Source: Octopus sinensis
Taxonomy: Eukaryota
Length of the DNA: 64,000 bases
NCBI RefSeq assembly: GCF_006345805.1
Contig: NW_021831989.1
Location: forward strand, 372,001-436,000
Direction: 5' to 3'
Positions within the stretch are counted from its first letter, which is position 1. Each line of letters opens with the position of its first letter. Shown piece after piece: positions 13,031 to 28,809 of the stretch. A program made the translations under genes and the position numbers. The notes below the pieces were generated by a model, which saw only the letters and a program-made list of their open reading frames with translations, was not told the origin of the DNA and searched no databases.

Positions 13031-13914
13031 TGTCACAGTCGGATAAATGGACACGCGAATAAATGGACACCTGGCTTAAAAATATTATTATTTTAATATA
13101 TTTTAAAAAATTTACCCTTGGTTGTCAAAAATCATTTTACTGAATTTGTTAATGATAATTCATTTTCCCTTAAAATTCCGCTTGACTTATAAATCAATAA
13201 GAAATCTCTATGATGATTCAAAAAAAATTTCGGTTTTCTTGACTTATACTATAGAAACCACATAGCTGATTGGCAGAGACGATTTTATTTGCAAGAGTAA
13301 TATGTGACATGTGCGGCTGATACGTATGGGCAACGGGTTACATTTTATCTTGAAAAATGTTAATTTAGCCTTGAACAAGTCATCCTATTTTAATTCGACC
13401 ACGTCGTTTGCACCGTTCAGAATTATGTTTGGAGAAAATGCCGATTAGTCGACAAACATACACTATAGCGAAGAACTTAATCTTTTATTCACAAAATTGG
13501 ATTCATCAAACGTGGATGAAAAAAATGACGTAGAGGACTACATGGCTTGGACATGGTTTTCCACCAATAGTACAAGAACAAAGGCTGTCCAGTACTCTGA
13601 TGTGGCGGAACAAAAAATGCTCAGAAAAACATCTGTTAAAATGACGCTTATGTTTTTAAAATCGGAGGCAAAGTTTTTCGAAGAGCTAGAACCGACAATG
13701 TGACAGGTAAGAGGCGGAACCTGGAGGCTAACTTTTTAATAAACAATAATTTTTTGATTTAATTTTCATTGGAAGATCATTTAGGGTTAAGGTTACGGTT
13801 AGGGTTAGTTTTTCACTTGGGGAAAAAGTGAAATAAAGTTGAGCAAAAATGTATATTTGAGTGTTTTAATAAATATTTTAGTGTACAATTTTAATTTTAA
13901 AAAAACCTGTGACA
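13031..13914. mobile_element. Degenerate TGTCACAG-ended inverted-repeat element containing a short TTAGGG-like tract
   Basis: TGTCACAG at 13031 with subterminal ATAAATGGACAC x2, CTGTGACA at 13907-13914, and TTAGGGTTAAGGTTACGGTTAGGGTTAG near 13785-13810. No matching TSD. Confidence 0.4.
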
Positions 13915-13942
13915 ATTGTGAAAAATTCCGCCGTTCTCTAAA

Positions 13943-14590
13943 TCAGGCATTCTCAAGCTTTTGTTGTTCATCGCCCCTTAGATATTTTATCGCCCCTTGT
14001 CAGCATACAATTTAAAAATTTTTGTGCATTGTCCCTTAATTAGTTGTTTTATGTATATAACTCAAAAATCAAAATATAAAACAATAAATCAAATGTAAAA
14101 ATTGAATTTTTATTAAAAATTATTAGTGAGACCCTTGAATTTCAGCAATTTTATAAAAAGCGATCTGCGCATCCACAACTACATATAAATAAATGTGAAA
14201 TAATTATCATGGCTTTGTGAGTAACGACTTGATCGTTTTCTTATTTTTAAAATTGTATTTTAAAGTTTGAAAATATTCAATCGGCTTTGACATTTTATCT
14301 GGGTGCTTGCGTTTTAAATGATCCTGTAATCGTGATGGCTTCATCGCCTCATTTGAGAAAGAACATTGACAAATAAGATAATAAGGCTGTTTTGTATCTT
14401 CAGTACTTTGAATATACCCATATTTTAAATATTCGTTTTGATAATGACGACTTTTCTTATTTGAGCGAGAAGACATCTTAGATATCAAACAAGAATGTAA
14501 AAACAGCGTTCTATTTTGAATATAAAATTTAAGGATAAACACTATAGAAGAAGTATTAATAAATCTAAAACATTATTAAAAAAATACTTT
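13943..14590 (-). mobile_element. hAT (Buster/ZBED5-like) deletion derivative
   Basis: BED-finger ORF (YLKYGY...PYYLICQCSFSNEAMKPSRLQDHLKRKHP). Terminal CAGGCATTCTCAAGCT is preceded by CTCTAAAT, which is Buster/Charlie-like. Confidence 0.7.
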
Positions 14591-14597
14591 AAAATAC

Positions 14598-14810
14598 TTT
14601 ATTGACCAAAGTACCAGGGTAAGCCAGTTAATTATAATCCCCCGTGATCCCCGATTCAAGCGAGGGAGATCCTTCTGAAAGGTTTGATCCTGCCCACAAT
14701 GATCGGACTGAGACGACGATGTCCCAGAGTCAGAGTTCTAGAAGTCCTTTTTCGGTAGGCATTAAGTGCCTCCTGAGCGTTTCCATATCCGATTGGAAGT
14801 TCCAACTGAC
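14598..14810 (-). mobile_element. SINE copy C, 5'-truncated (tail type 1)
   Basis: Core matches copies A and B. The tail is nearly identical to 63161-63221. Confidence 0.85.
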
Positions 14811-14819
14811 TTGTTTTCC

Positions 14820-16080
14820 AAAAAGCACTTGACATGTGTGAATAAATCACAAATAAAAGCATATTCACCTTCAAAACTAAAATATAATAAATTAACCTTG
14901 CGATTTGAGATTTAATTCATTCATATGGCCTGTAATGTCCACGCAAAAAGCCAATCTACAAAGCCATTCTATGTCTAACCAAAGTGGTTATTTCGGTTTT
15001 TCTTTGTGAGAAACAAATCTAATTCCTTTCTTATTTGAAAAAATCGTAAAAGAATTTTCCCGCAACTAAACCATCGAATTTCCGTATAATAAAGTAAGTC
15101 TGTAAATTCGCATTCACATTCTTTAAGAAATTCACGAAACTCTCGACGGTTAAATCCATGAGATCAAACAAAATTGGCCATAGAAATAAGGGGCTTTAAA
15201 ACGCAAGACATGTCCACATATTTCCCACATGGTGCCTATTGATTATTTACTAAATTAGAGCCTGTTGATGAATAATGCAATGAAGAAACATGGGCGACGG
15301 AACTCCATCAGAATTGCAAGCTTTTATGATCTTTCCTACCAAACCGTGCTTTATTCCTGACATATTCTTTCCTCCATCGATAGTTACACAATGTAATTTA
15401 TTTTACTGCAGTTTATATTCTGAAATAGTCTCATGTAATTCTTTAAATAAGTTTTCTTTGTTGCAATTTGTCCGAATAAGTTGCAACCAATATCCTCGAT
15501 TCGTCGTGCAATCGTATTTGCTCCAAGACTTATATTTTTAAATACATTTTCTTTTTCCGGGTATAACTCTTCTACTGTTTGCCTTATACATTCTTTTATT
15601 AACACTCCATCAGAAAAAGGCTTTCCATTTTTAGCCAAGAGATAAGCTATTTTATAGCTTACCATAGTAATTGATTCATTTTCATTAGATTTTCTTTTGA
15701 ACATTATTTGTTGAGATAATAAAATTCGACAAAGTGATTCAAATTTTCAAACGGCACTCAGTGTCAATTTTTCGTTTATTTTTACATAAAATATTCATGT
15801 TTAGACTCTAAATATATTAATAGTTTAAGAATTTTAAATAAATGGATAATTATAAGAGTTATAAAGTTAACCGATAATTACAACGCCAACAACAAAGCAA
15901 AAAAAGCAAAAATATATTTATTTAATTTAATTACGTATTTGATATATTCAAAAAATATTATTAACTATTAAATAAGTAATATAAGTTAATAACAACAAGC
16001 GGGCCGGATGCCACAAAAAGATATTTACAACAGCCGGGCCGGATTAAATCACATGGCGGGCCGGGGTTTGGAGACCCCTG
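14820..16080 (-). mobile_element. hAT (Charlie/SPIN, GTF2IRD2-like) transposon, truncated and degenerate
   Basis: Left TIR CAGGGGTCTCCAAAC followed by GGCCCG motifs at 16080. Transposase remnants SYKIAYLLAKNGKPFSDGVLIKEC...ISLGANTIARRI and YYTEIRWFSCGKIL.RFF. Confidence 0.85.
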
Positions 16081-16082
16081 GG

Positions 16083-16290
16083 CTAACCCATGGCTTAGGA
16101 TGGCGAAAAGAGCTCTCGGACACCCAGGAATTGTCCTTCAAAGTCCTCCCTGAGTAGATGATAATGTCTGGGTGGCAGGTAAGGCGGTAAGTTATTGTTT
16201 GCGGCTGAGAGGTGAGCGTGTGTAAGGGACTGAAAAGGCAGGAATGTCTAAGGTCCTTATCTATCCTCTACTAACAACCTCTTTTTAAAT
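16083..16290 (+). mobile_element. Probable LINE 3'-end fragment of the same family as 1-1200
   Basis: 16150-16290 matches the reverse complement of 1-120. Confidence 0.6.
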
Positions 16291-16702
16291 AAAAATTTTT
16301 TTTCTTCATCTCTTGTTATTATTTTACCTGTTGCTGTCCTGCACGGTTAATTAGATTATCGATTTTTGCGGTGATTCGTTTCAACGTTTAACGGCAACGG
16401 CTCGTTGTCAACCTGGGCTCACTTAAAACCGGTCACATTTATTAATGACAATTACTTGTCCATTTAATTAATTTTAATAGTTGTATTTACATTTTATACT
16501 ATAATAAATTTTATGATGCCCACATTTTCCAAATATATGAGAAAATATCGAATCAGTTTCAACGAAATGCATAATTTGAATGTCTAGGGATGTCTTTGTC
16601 TAAATGTTCACTCCACTCTACCTTATTTCTGGGTATTCAAATTACTTTTAAATACAAAGAATGATAAATTTAATAGTAAAACAAGAATTTGAAAATAATA
16701 AT

Positions 16703-17924
16703 TGTGACCGGTTTTATTTTGGACCAGGTTTTATTTGGACGACATGCTCAGATTATAATAAAAAATTTTTTTTTAAATTTCCCACTAAAAAAAAAGATAA
16801 TAATATAAATTAATAAAAAACCTTAATATTTATTTAATTAATTAACGCGTGCATATGGGTTCTAGTGGATTAACAAGAGAAGAATGAAAATAATCAGTGT
16901 ATATTAAGAATAGTATATTAATGATTCCAATATGGACAAAAGAGAAAAGTAGCGCCTTAAAAATCGCAATTTTTTTTTAATTTTGTTGACGAAAAGGCCT
17001 ATTTTGTAAAGAATAACAAAAATATTCGTTTTTTTTGTTCGGAAGAGAGAGAACTTAAGCTTAAAAATATCAAAGTAAGCTAAATATTGAATTTAAAGCT
17101 ATTACATAATGAAAATCATTTTGGCGTGATCGAAGTTGTTAAGCCTAAAATTTACTGCGTCCAAAAAACGTTCTGAAAATCTTCGATTAAGGTTAAAATG
17201 TTAGGGTTAGGGTTAAACTTTTGTTAAGGGTTAGGTTAAAATGTTAGGGTTTAAGGAGAAAATGTTTAGGGTTTAAAAATTTTGTTTAGGGTAAGTTAAA
17301 ATGTAGGGTTAGGAGAAAAATTTTGTGGTTAGGGTTGTAAAATTTGTTTAGGTTAAGGCTAAAATGTTAGGTTCTAGGGTTAAAAACTTTTTTTAAGTTA
17401 AGGTTAAAATGTTTAGGTTTACGGAGAGAAAATGTTCAGGGTTAGGGTTGAAATTTTGTTAGTTTAGATTAAGATTTTTATAATAAAATTAAATTTTTTA
17501 GGTTCGGACAAAACTATTAAAATAGGGTTTTTAAAATTAAATTAAAAATTAGGGTTGTTAGAATTAGTGATTTGGGTGTAGGGCTATGATGAAAATTAAA
17601 TGTCTTAGGGTTCTATATTTTAAAATTTTATAATTAATAGAAATTATATTTAGTTTTTAATTTTTTAAGACGGAAAAGACCAATTTTTAATAAATATCGT
17701 AACGAGAACGGTTTGTTCTTTGTAATTAATCAAAATTGTTGATTGGTTTGGTTTTGCATACTCTATTTTTAAAAAAACTAAAATGAAAATAAAGAAAAAA
17801 AAAACTATACAAAAGTATAATTTTTAACATAACTAATTATAGTTTTAGTGGAATAAAAATTTTTCTATTGATTTTTTTCTCATGGTCCAAAATGAAAACC
17901 TGTCCAAAATGAAACCTTGTGACA
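16703..17924 (+). mobile_element. Ginger/Tdd-like non-autonomous DNA transposon with internal telomere-like array
   Basis: TGT...ACA termini, ~45-bp imperfect TIRs with repeated TTTTGGAC, and TSD ATAAT at 16698-16702 and 17925-17929. Integrase-like remnant FVDEKAYF...NIK/LLHNENHFG includes a 24-nt intron. Confidence 0.7.
17190..17600 (+). repeat. Telomere-like TTAGGG/TTAGG minisatellite with a 43-63-nt higher-order unit
   Basis: GGTTAAAATGTTAGG-like unit starts at about 17191, 17234, 17294, 17357 and 17402. Confidence 0.8.
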
Positions 17925-17936
17925 ATAATTATTGGT

Positions 17937-18811
17937 TCAATTTTTGAGTATTTTATTGGCTCTTTTATTTGCCAACTCAACGCGTGCTTCGTTTGAAATT
18001 GCCTAAAAAATTCAAAACAAAACAAAAGATAACCATATTATTTATTCTTGTGATTTGCTTGTTTTGTGATTTGAATTCTGCCCCAATGTCGATCGCCATG
18101 TTTCGCAGATTGGTCATGACGCCCATCACTTCACCAATGTTTTCTTCCATTTGGGTCTCCCGTTGGTCGTTTGTAAGACTGTATAAGATTATTCGACATG
18201 TTTTAAACCGCGTGATATACCCAGAGTCGTTCCCGCCAATTTTAGAAGTATTTCCTGTAATTCTGATCGCATCTGTGCCTTGAATCCCATCGTCGTTTTT
18301 TTTCCAGATGTCGTTGTATTCGGGATTTTTAGAAAATTTCTTCTTCCTTTTTTAAAGAAGCATTTTGGCTAAACTTTTTCCATGGAAGTACAAAAAGTCC
18401 GCAGCATTTTTCCAGCCCTTCAAGATTTTTTTCAGCATCTTCTATGCCACGGTTAACGCGTTGCATGTTTTCCTCAATTTTGTCCAATTGTTCTATTTTG
18501 CAGAATATACGTAAACATATTTATTTTTAATTAGCAATCAATCAATTGCCTATAGCATACCTCCCTGCTCATCAAGCATGACTAAAGTTCGAATTCCTGC
18601 ATCTTTGCTCTATATTTAAAAAATTGGATATTTTCGGTACTTTGTTGGAGTTTTCCACCATTCGACGAGTGCTTTGAAGGCTCTGAAATGTGCTGATTAA
18701 AATAAATTATACACTTTCGATAACATCATCTATTTGTCTGTTAAAACTTTGAGGAGATTCGTTTCCTTCAGCAGACAATGGATCAAACGAATTACTAGAT
18801 GACCGATTCAT
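17937..18811 (-). CDS. SNAP25: SNAP-25/23 family Qbc-SNARE
   Basis: SLQSTRRMVE..SKDAGIRTLVMLDEQG, palmitoylation-type CCGLFVLPW, and a second SNARE helix REtQMEENIGEV..NLRNMAIDIG.E..SQNKQI. Confidence 0.9.
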
Positions 18812-19104
18812 TTTATTTGTATTTCATTAAAAATGTATTGTTTTAGAAAATTTGGTTTGCTGAGTATAATATATTTTATGATTATTAGAAGAAATAAAAA
18901 TAATATTTTTATTAATTCAATTTAAAAAAGATAGTATTTATTCAATTTATATTCGATAAAAAATAAACAAAAAAATTAAAAATATGAACCCAATTATTTT
19001 TTCATCAAAAAACCTTTTCAATTAAAATATATTAAAATATAATATTAAATAATCATTTTATAAAAAAATTTAAATTTATAAAATAGTATAAACTTATTTC
19101 CCAA
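18812..19104. promoter_or_regulatory. Inferred bidirectional promoter between SNAP25 and CTR9
   Basis: Head-to-head start codons about 290 bp apart, extremely AT-rich. No specific motif identified. Confidence 0.45.
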
Positions 19105-22100
19105 ATGTCTGATGTTATCGAACTTCGTATCAGAGGAACAGACGAGGTAATTCTTTAAAAATAAAAATAGCTTATTGAAATTGATGTCAAAAACCTACCA
19201 GAATACACCGAAATACTAAACATAATGGAGAATGAAAACATTCCACTCTATTCTGCCCTCGAACTAGCAGTACAATATAAACTATCAATCTAAAGTTATC
19301 ATATTACCGCTCTGGGGACCACGCTGGCTTCGAATCTATATTAACCTCAAGCGAGGAATACTGCGATTCGAACTACGAAGGCTCTGAACTCGACTTAATG
19401 CACATTTTGGACAGCCTAGCAATATTCTACACAAGAAAAGCCCACCAAACACGAAATGAGGCCCAAAAAAGTGAATATTTCGAGAAAGCGACGTGTCTTT
19501 ACTCAAAAACAGACAGAATGATGTCATACGACCAGGTTAGCCACCAATAACACGTCCAAGATGCATCTCCTTGGTCGGGCATATTTATATCTTCACCACG
19601 GCGGCACAATCGAGCAGGCCGAGGACCAATTTGACTTTATTTTATCACTGGTACCCCACATTGTCACTACATTTGAGGACTCGAGGTGTATTCCCGCGCT
19701 TTTGGCTAAAGCTCGGATTTGTTTTGGCCGGAAGGAGTACAAGCGGGCTTTAAAATATTATTGTGACGCACTCAGGGCGAATCCCAACGGCCCTGCCTCG
19801 ATTCGACTCGGAATTGGGCTGTGTTACTCCAAATTGGGAAAGTTCGACAATGCTCGGTATATGAAGGAGTGTTTGTACGTTAGACTGGCCTTTGGGAGGA
19901 CACTTCGGCTGGATAGCACGTGCACTGGGGCGCTGGTGGGACTGGCATTGCTCGAACTGAACACCAAGACGTCGGTTTCGATCAAAAATGGGATCGAACT
20001 GCTTTCAGCTGCCTATGGAATTGATCCAGATGATCCGATGATTCTGAATCATTTAGCAAATCACTTTTTCTACAAAAAAGACTACGCGAAGGTGAAGCCC
20101 TTAGCTCACCACGCCTTCAATAATTCATTCCACGAAAAAATGAAGGTGGAGAGTCTCTACCATATTGCCAGATATCACCACGTCTTGGTATATTTGTTTA
20201 TATTGCTAATTTAGGGAAATTACGAGTCGGCGTTTACATTTTACTTCCAATGCACTCAACTGTCCCCCCAAACATTTATTTTGCCTTACTACGGTCTGGG
20301 TCAGATATATTTGGAGAGGAATGACAGACAAAATGTACTTCTTTGCTATATTTTAGGCTATCAATGCTTTCCAGCGAGTAATTGATATTTGTCCAGACAA
20401 CTACGAGACCTTGAAGATTCTCGGCTGTCTCTACGCCACTTCCAGCAACAAAGCCGACCGAACCAAGGCGAAGGTCTCCAAATGTGACATTGTGTAGGAA
20501 TATCTCGGAAAGGTGACTGAAATCCAACCCGACGACGTGGAGGCCTGGATTGAGTTGTCCCAAATTCTGGAATTTTCTGATCCGCAGGTGGACTCTAAAA
20601 ACATGTGTAGAGAGCCTATAATGCCTACACGACTGCCGCACGAATTTTGGAGCAGAACGTGGAGGTGCAAGTGCCGCCGGAAATACTCAACAACATTGGA
20701 GCCCTCTGTTTCAAGTTGTGTCGATTCGAAGAGGCCGAGGTTGATTGTTTGATTGCTGAATGTGTCCAGCAATACTTTGAGTCAGCCCTGGAGACTTGTG
20801 GCCAGGAAGTGTCGAAGGACGAGGTGTATTACAGCGTGATTGCTGTGACGATCAAATACAACATTGGGCGAGTGTATGAGGCCACCCACGACTGTGAGAG
20901 AGCGGAAGAGACATACACACAAATACTGGCCAAACACCCCAAATATATAGACTGTATGGTAATGAATGTGAACTAGCAGGCTATTTCAGACTGTTCAGTA
21001 TTTATAATGGGAGGGGTAAGACTTTGGAGGCGGAGGACTACTTGAAACAGGCTCTTTCGGTTGATAAGGTGGTGGGAGTTTGAGTATTTGGAGACAAACT
21101 GTGATGGTTGGATAATGCTCTCCAATCTGTGCATGTCGAGAGACGAGTTGGGCCCGGCTCAGAATAAGTTGGAACATGTCCTTCAAATGTCTTCGAATAA
21201 AGACGATGCCTATTCGGTGGTGGCCATGGGCAATATCTGGCTTGAAATGATGCGGATTTCCGCGAAGGATGAGGTCAAAGTAGCCAAAAGTCAGGACCGA
21301 GCCTTGTCTTTTTACACCCACATTCTCAACATTGACAAAAACAACATTTATGCAGCCAATGGAATAGGTTGGGGACTGATGGGGGACATTAGGCTGCATT
21401 TTGGCCACGAGGGGGCACGTGAATGAAGCACGTGACATATTTGCTCAAGTCAGAGAAGCCACGGCCGAGTTCCCCGACGTGTGGCTGAACATTGCTCACA
21501 TATACATGGAGAAACGACAATATAAAAACGCAATTCAAATGGTCGTATATGCATACTTACAGTACTAGTATGAGAACTATATTCTCAAGTTTTCCGCCCA
21601 ACTTGAATTGGATTTGACTTTGTTCTTGTCGAGGGCTTTGTACAAGAACGGGGACTTTGACAAGTGCAGCAAAGTGTTGCAGACTGTATGGAGAGATCCC
21701 CGATTTTGTAGGCCCTCCTGATCCGGCCTTCCAACACGGTCCTCATGTTCGACTTGGCATTGACACTGCAAAAATTTGCAATGACAATTTTGAAAGACGA
21801 CAAGGCTAATCTGAAGGCTGTGCTACAAGCCGTTCAAAACCTGCAAATGTCTCTGAGGTACTTCCACGTTGTCGGGAAAACGGGGGACCGAACTAGGCCT
21901 GAGACCAGGAAGGCCAACAGTGGCTTTCAGTAAGAAATGTCGGCTGAGATTGCAGGCTCTGTAAGGATTTGCTTTCTCAGACCGACCCACACATTGAGAG
22001 GGCCCGGAAGATCGAAATGGAAGAACAGGCTTGAAGCGGTGTCAGGAGGAGGAGCGAAAGGCAATAAAAATGCGGAAGCTGGACGAGGAGGTTGTGGTGG

Positions 22101-22252
22101 AATTAGCCATTTCTTTGCAGCACGAGAGGGAAAGGCAGGAGAAGCTGCGTGAACAGGCTATAATCCAACAGAGGGCCAAGCTGATGGAGAAGAGTAAAAA
22201 CACTTCCGTCGATGCCTCGATTGACAGTTCTGTTAATGATTTTTTAAATTGA
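19105..22252 (+). CDS. CTR9: PAF1 complex TPR subunit CTR9, multi-exon
   Basis: [95 protein letters not shown]. Confidence 0.95.
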
Positions 22253-22534
22253 TTTTATTTGTTTTATTTATTGGTTTTTTAGTTCTTGCGATATTTATAA
22301 AATTAGTTGATGTAGTTAACTAAAATTTGTTAGTTTATAATTTGGTATAATTAATTAAATTTTTTTAGTTTATTTAAACCTATTTTTAATAATATTTTTG
22401 GCTGAGAAACAAAATTAATGAAAATCCAATAATTTCAGTGCGTGTCTCTCTTGTTAGTAGCTATGTAATATTTTCCGTAATTTATATATCCAAATATTTT
22501 GTAAATATATTTTTATTAGTTTTTAAACACACAA

Positions 22535-25873
<3,339 letters not shown>

Positions 25874-27003
25874 TCACCAAATTCATGTAATTTGTTATTT
25901 CCTTGTTCTTTTTTCTTACTAAGGATAATTTTTATTATTTAGTCAAGTTCGATAAGAATTTACAAGTCTATGAGATTGAATTTGTGATTGTAATTCATTT
26001 TCAAAAGGTGAAGGATTATATTTGCTGCCATTTTGGATATCATTTTATTGATGCTGAAAACTGTTTATTATTAAACTTCTGCTTTTTTAGCTATCGTATA
26101 GGACGATTCGTTTATAAGAAGGGACCTGGTTTCCTCTGAGAGAATGCCTATATTCTGTTTAGACTTGCTTATAAGGAGGAAAGCAGATCGTGTATTACAA
26201 TTAAAATTATCAAGAATCTAATTTTTGGTTTTGTTCACTATATTTCGATTTAAATTTATAAGAAAAATAAAATTATTCCTCAATTATTCGATGCCGTATT
26301 CTTCAAACAGTTCATGAAACTGCTACTTGGACAATGCATAATCATAGAAATCATTCCTCTTGTTCTTCTTCTACTCTACGTAATCGCTTGTGTCGATAAA
26401 ATTGCAACTTTTAATCACAGCAAATTGCAATTTATGCTTCGCAATGATAGGAATGTGAATTATAATCACGTTAAAAATGTATTCTATTTAACTTGTTTAA
26501 ATTTTAATGTCAGCCGAGACTCCTAGTGACGCTTATTTTTAAATAAAATATGTTACTCTTCTAATTTGATGGTTATAATTTTTAATCTTTAATCCGTAAA
26601 TGTGTTATACTCTAATGGTTTTTATTTTCATTGCTTTTGTTAATTATTTTTCATGTAGCTGTGATTTTCCTATTCATTCCGAAAAGATATTATTTGCTGA
26701 TTTTTATAATTAATAAATAAAATTAAAGATCTACAAGTATTAACTGGGCTTTGAACTAGGCTCGGGATAACAGAAAGAAACAAAGCTCAATACTTAGTGA
26801 TAATATGCAAACTATAGTTGATTTAATTAACTATTAAATATTGTTTAATGATCTGTCTTCAGCAGACCTCAATTGAGAACCACTAACTTTTCACTGCAGT
26901 ATATAATAGTTATTTTTTGGATATTTTGGATCGAACCTGCACCGTGAAATGTTTAGAAATGCTATAAATTTCATAGCAAATATTTATTAATTTATGTTAG
27001 TAG

Positions 27004-28669
27004 TTATTCGTACGACAACTCCTTTAATTTATTAGCCAAATATGCCAATTCTTTAAGTTTGTGTGATTTTAGAACATCATTTTGCTTAGAATTAACTTCA
27101 TTCTCTAATTTGTTAATTTGTTCTTGCATCTCTTTAATCTTTTCAGATTTCAGAGACACCTGAATCAATTTAATGTCCAACCTCAGACTGCAGATCTCTC
27201 ACATTCTCACATAAAAGGGTTTTGTCCCTCCTTAAAGTGGAGAGTGTGTTTTCGAGACTGTTTATCAAATTCCCAAGTTCTTTCACGTGGTTTTTCTGAG
27301 TTTTGAGGTTCAAATCCTTCTTTTTTATTTTCTTTTCTGAGTTTGCGAACTATAATTCTGTCTATTTTATTTCTAAGTAACTTTTTTGTTTAATTCTTCA
27401 CAATTTTTGATTTGTATCGAATTGTTATTTTTTAGTTCGTCGATTTGTGCTATCAGTTCTTGAATTTTATTGTCTGAACATGTTTTTTGAACATTTGTAC
27501 ATGATTGATTAGTTTCCTTATCCTGCAAAATCAAGTGGTTAAACTAACGTGAATAATTTGTTGATTCAGTTCAAAAAGTTGTTGGGTTATTTCTACTTTT
27601 TCGCGAATTATTGAATTGCAGTTATTCATCAGTTTTTCTTCGCAGTCATTTCTTTTCTCAATTTCAAGATTTGCTTTTATCAGATCTTCTCTCAGTGTTT
27701 TAATCTCCATCTATAATAATATTATCAAATTTATTATATAAAAAAACAAATTTATATTAAATTTAATTAATTAAACCCGCAGAGACTCTATTTGTTTATT
27801 TTTAAAACTAGAGTCATGGTTTTCCTCCATGTCTTCATATTGCTGTAATCTGGCTTCATTCATTTTTATTTTTTCATTTTTTGAATCAATATTTTTTTGT
27901 TGTTGTTTGATTTCATCTTCATATAATTTAACCTTAAATAGATAAAGCATCAAACTTTCTCGGAAAGATCCTTAATTGTATCCTGCATCTCCTGTTCTTT
28001 TTCAAATTCGTTTTCCAAGTCTATTTTTAACGACTCAAATTCTGCATCCCTGCACTGCCCGTGCTCTGTCATCGACATGATTTGTGATTCAAGGTCACTT
28101 ATTTTTATCAACATGCGTTTTTTTTCTTCTAAAAATGAAAATTTATTCAAGTTTTTTCACCTTTGGTTTCTTTTAATATTTCTTCGTTTTTCTGTTTTTC
28201 CATTTCAAGGGAAGCGTGAGTCTCCGAATTGGTTTTTAAAGTTTTTGACAAATTTTCACTTTCGGTTTGTAAGGCCTTGAGTTAACAAAATACAAAACAT
28301 TTATTTTATTAGCCATTTCATTAATGTCAAACTTTGGTGCCGAAAGTTCGGCCTTTTCCTTTCTATTTTGTAAAATTATTGAAATATTGGTCACAAATAT
28401 TTTATTTCTAGTTCGTAAAAATGCAACTGTCTTTCGAGGTTAGCGACATAGGATTTTTCAATTACTTTCGAATCGGAAGGTCCGATACTATTAAAAATGT
28501 AATCCAGGAAATATACTGAGTCCGACTGCAAGTGGTTGGAAGAACAGTGTTGTTGAAATCTGGAATAACACTCTGAGCTTGAATGGGATGTTTTTCTACA
28601 GTAGCATTAACTACAATTATTTGTATTTATACAACAATTATTTTTTTTCGGGCGAAGATTTCCACGCAT
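27004..28669 (-). CDS. Uncharacterised coiled-coil protein, multi-exon
   Basis: Open exons joined by 22-30-nt GT-AG introns, rich in E/K/Q heptads. N-terminal YVANLERQLHFYELE. Confidence 0.6.
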
Positions 28670-28809
28670 GTTGTTGAGTTTATTCGGTTCTTTGGCAACA
28701 AATAAAAAAACACAATAATAATAATTTATTGATAAAAAATAATTTTTTACACAAATTTTAGACAAGAGGAAAAAAAGAAGTGAAATTAAAATTTATATAC
28801 AAATCAGAC

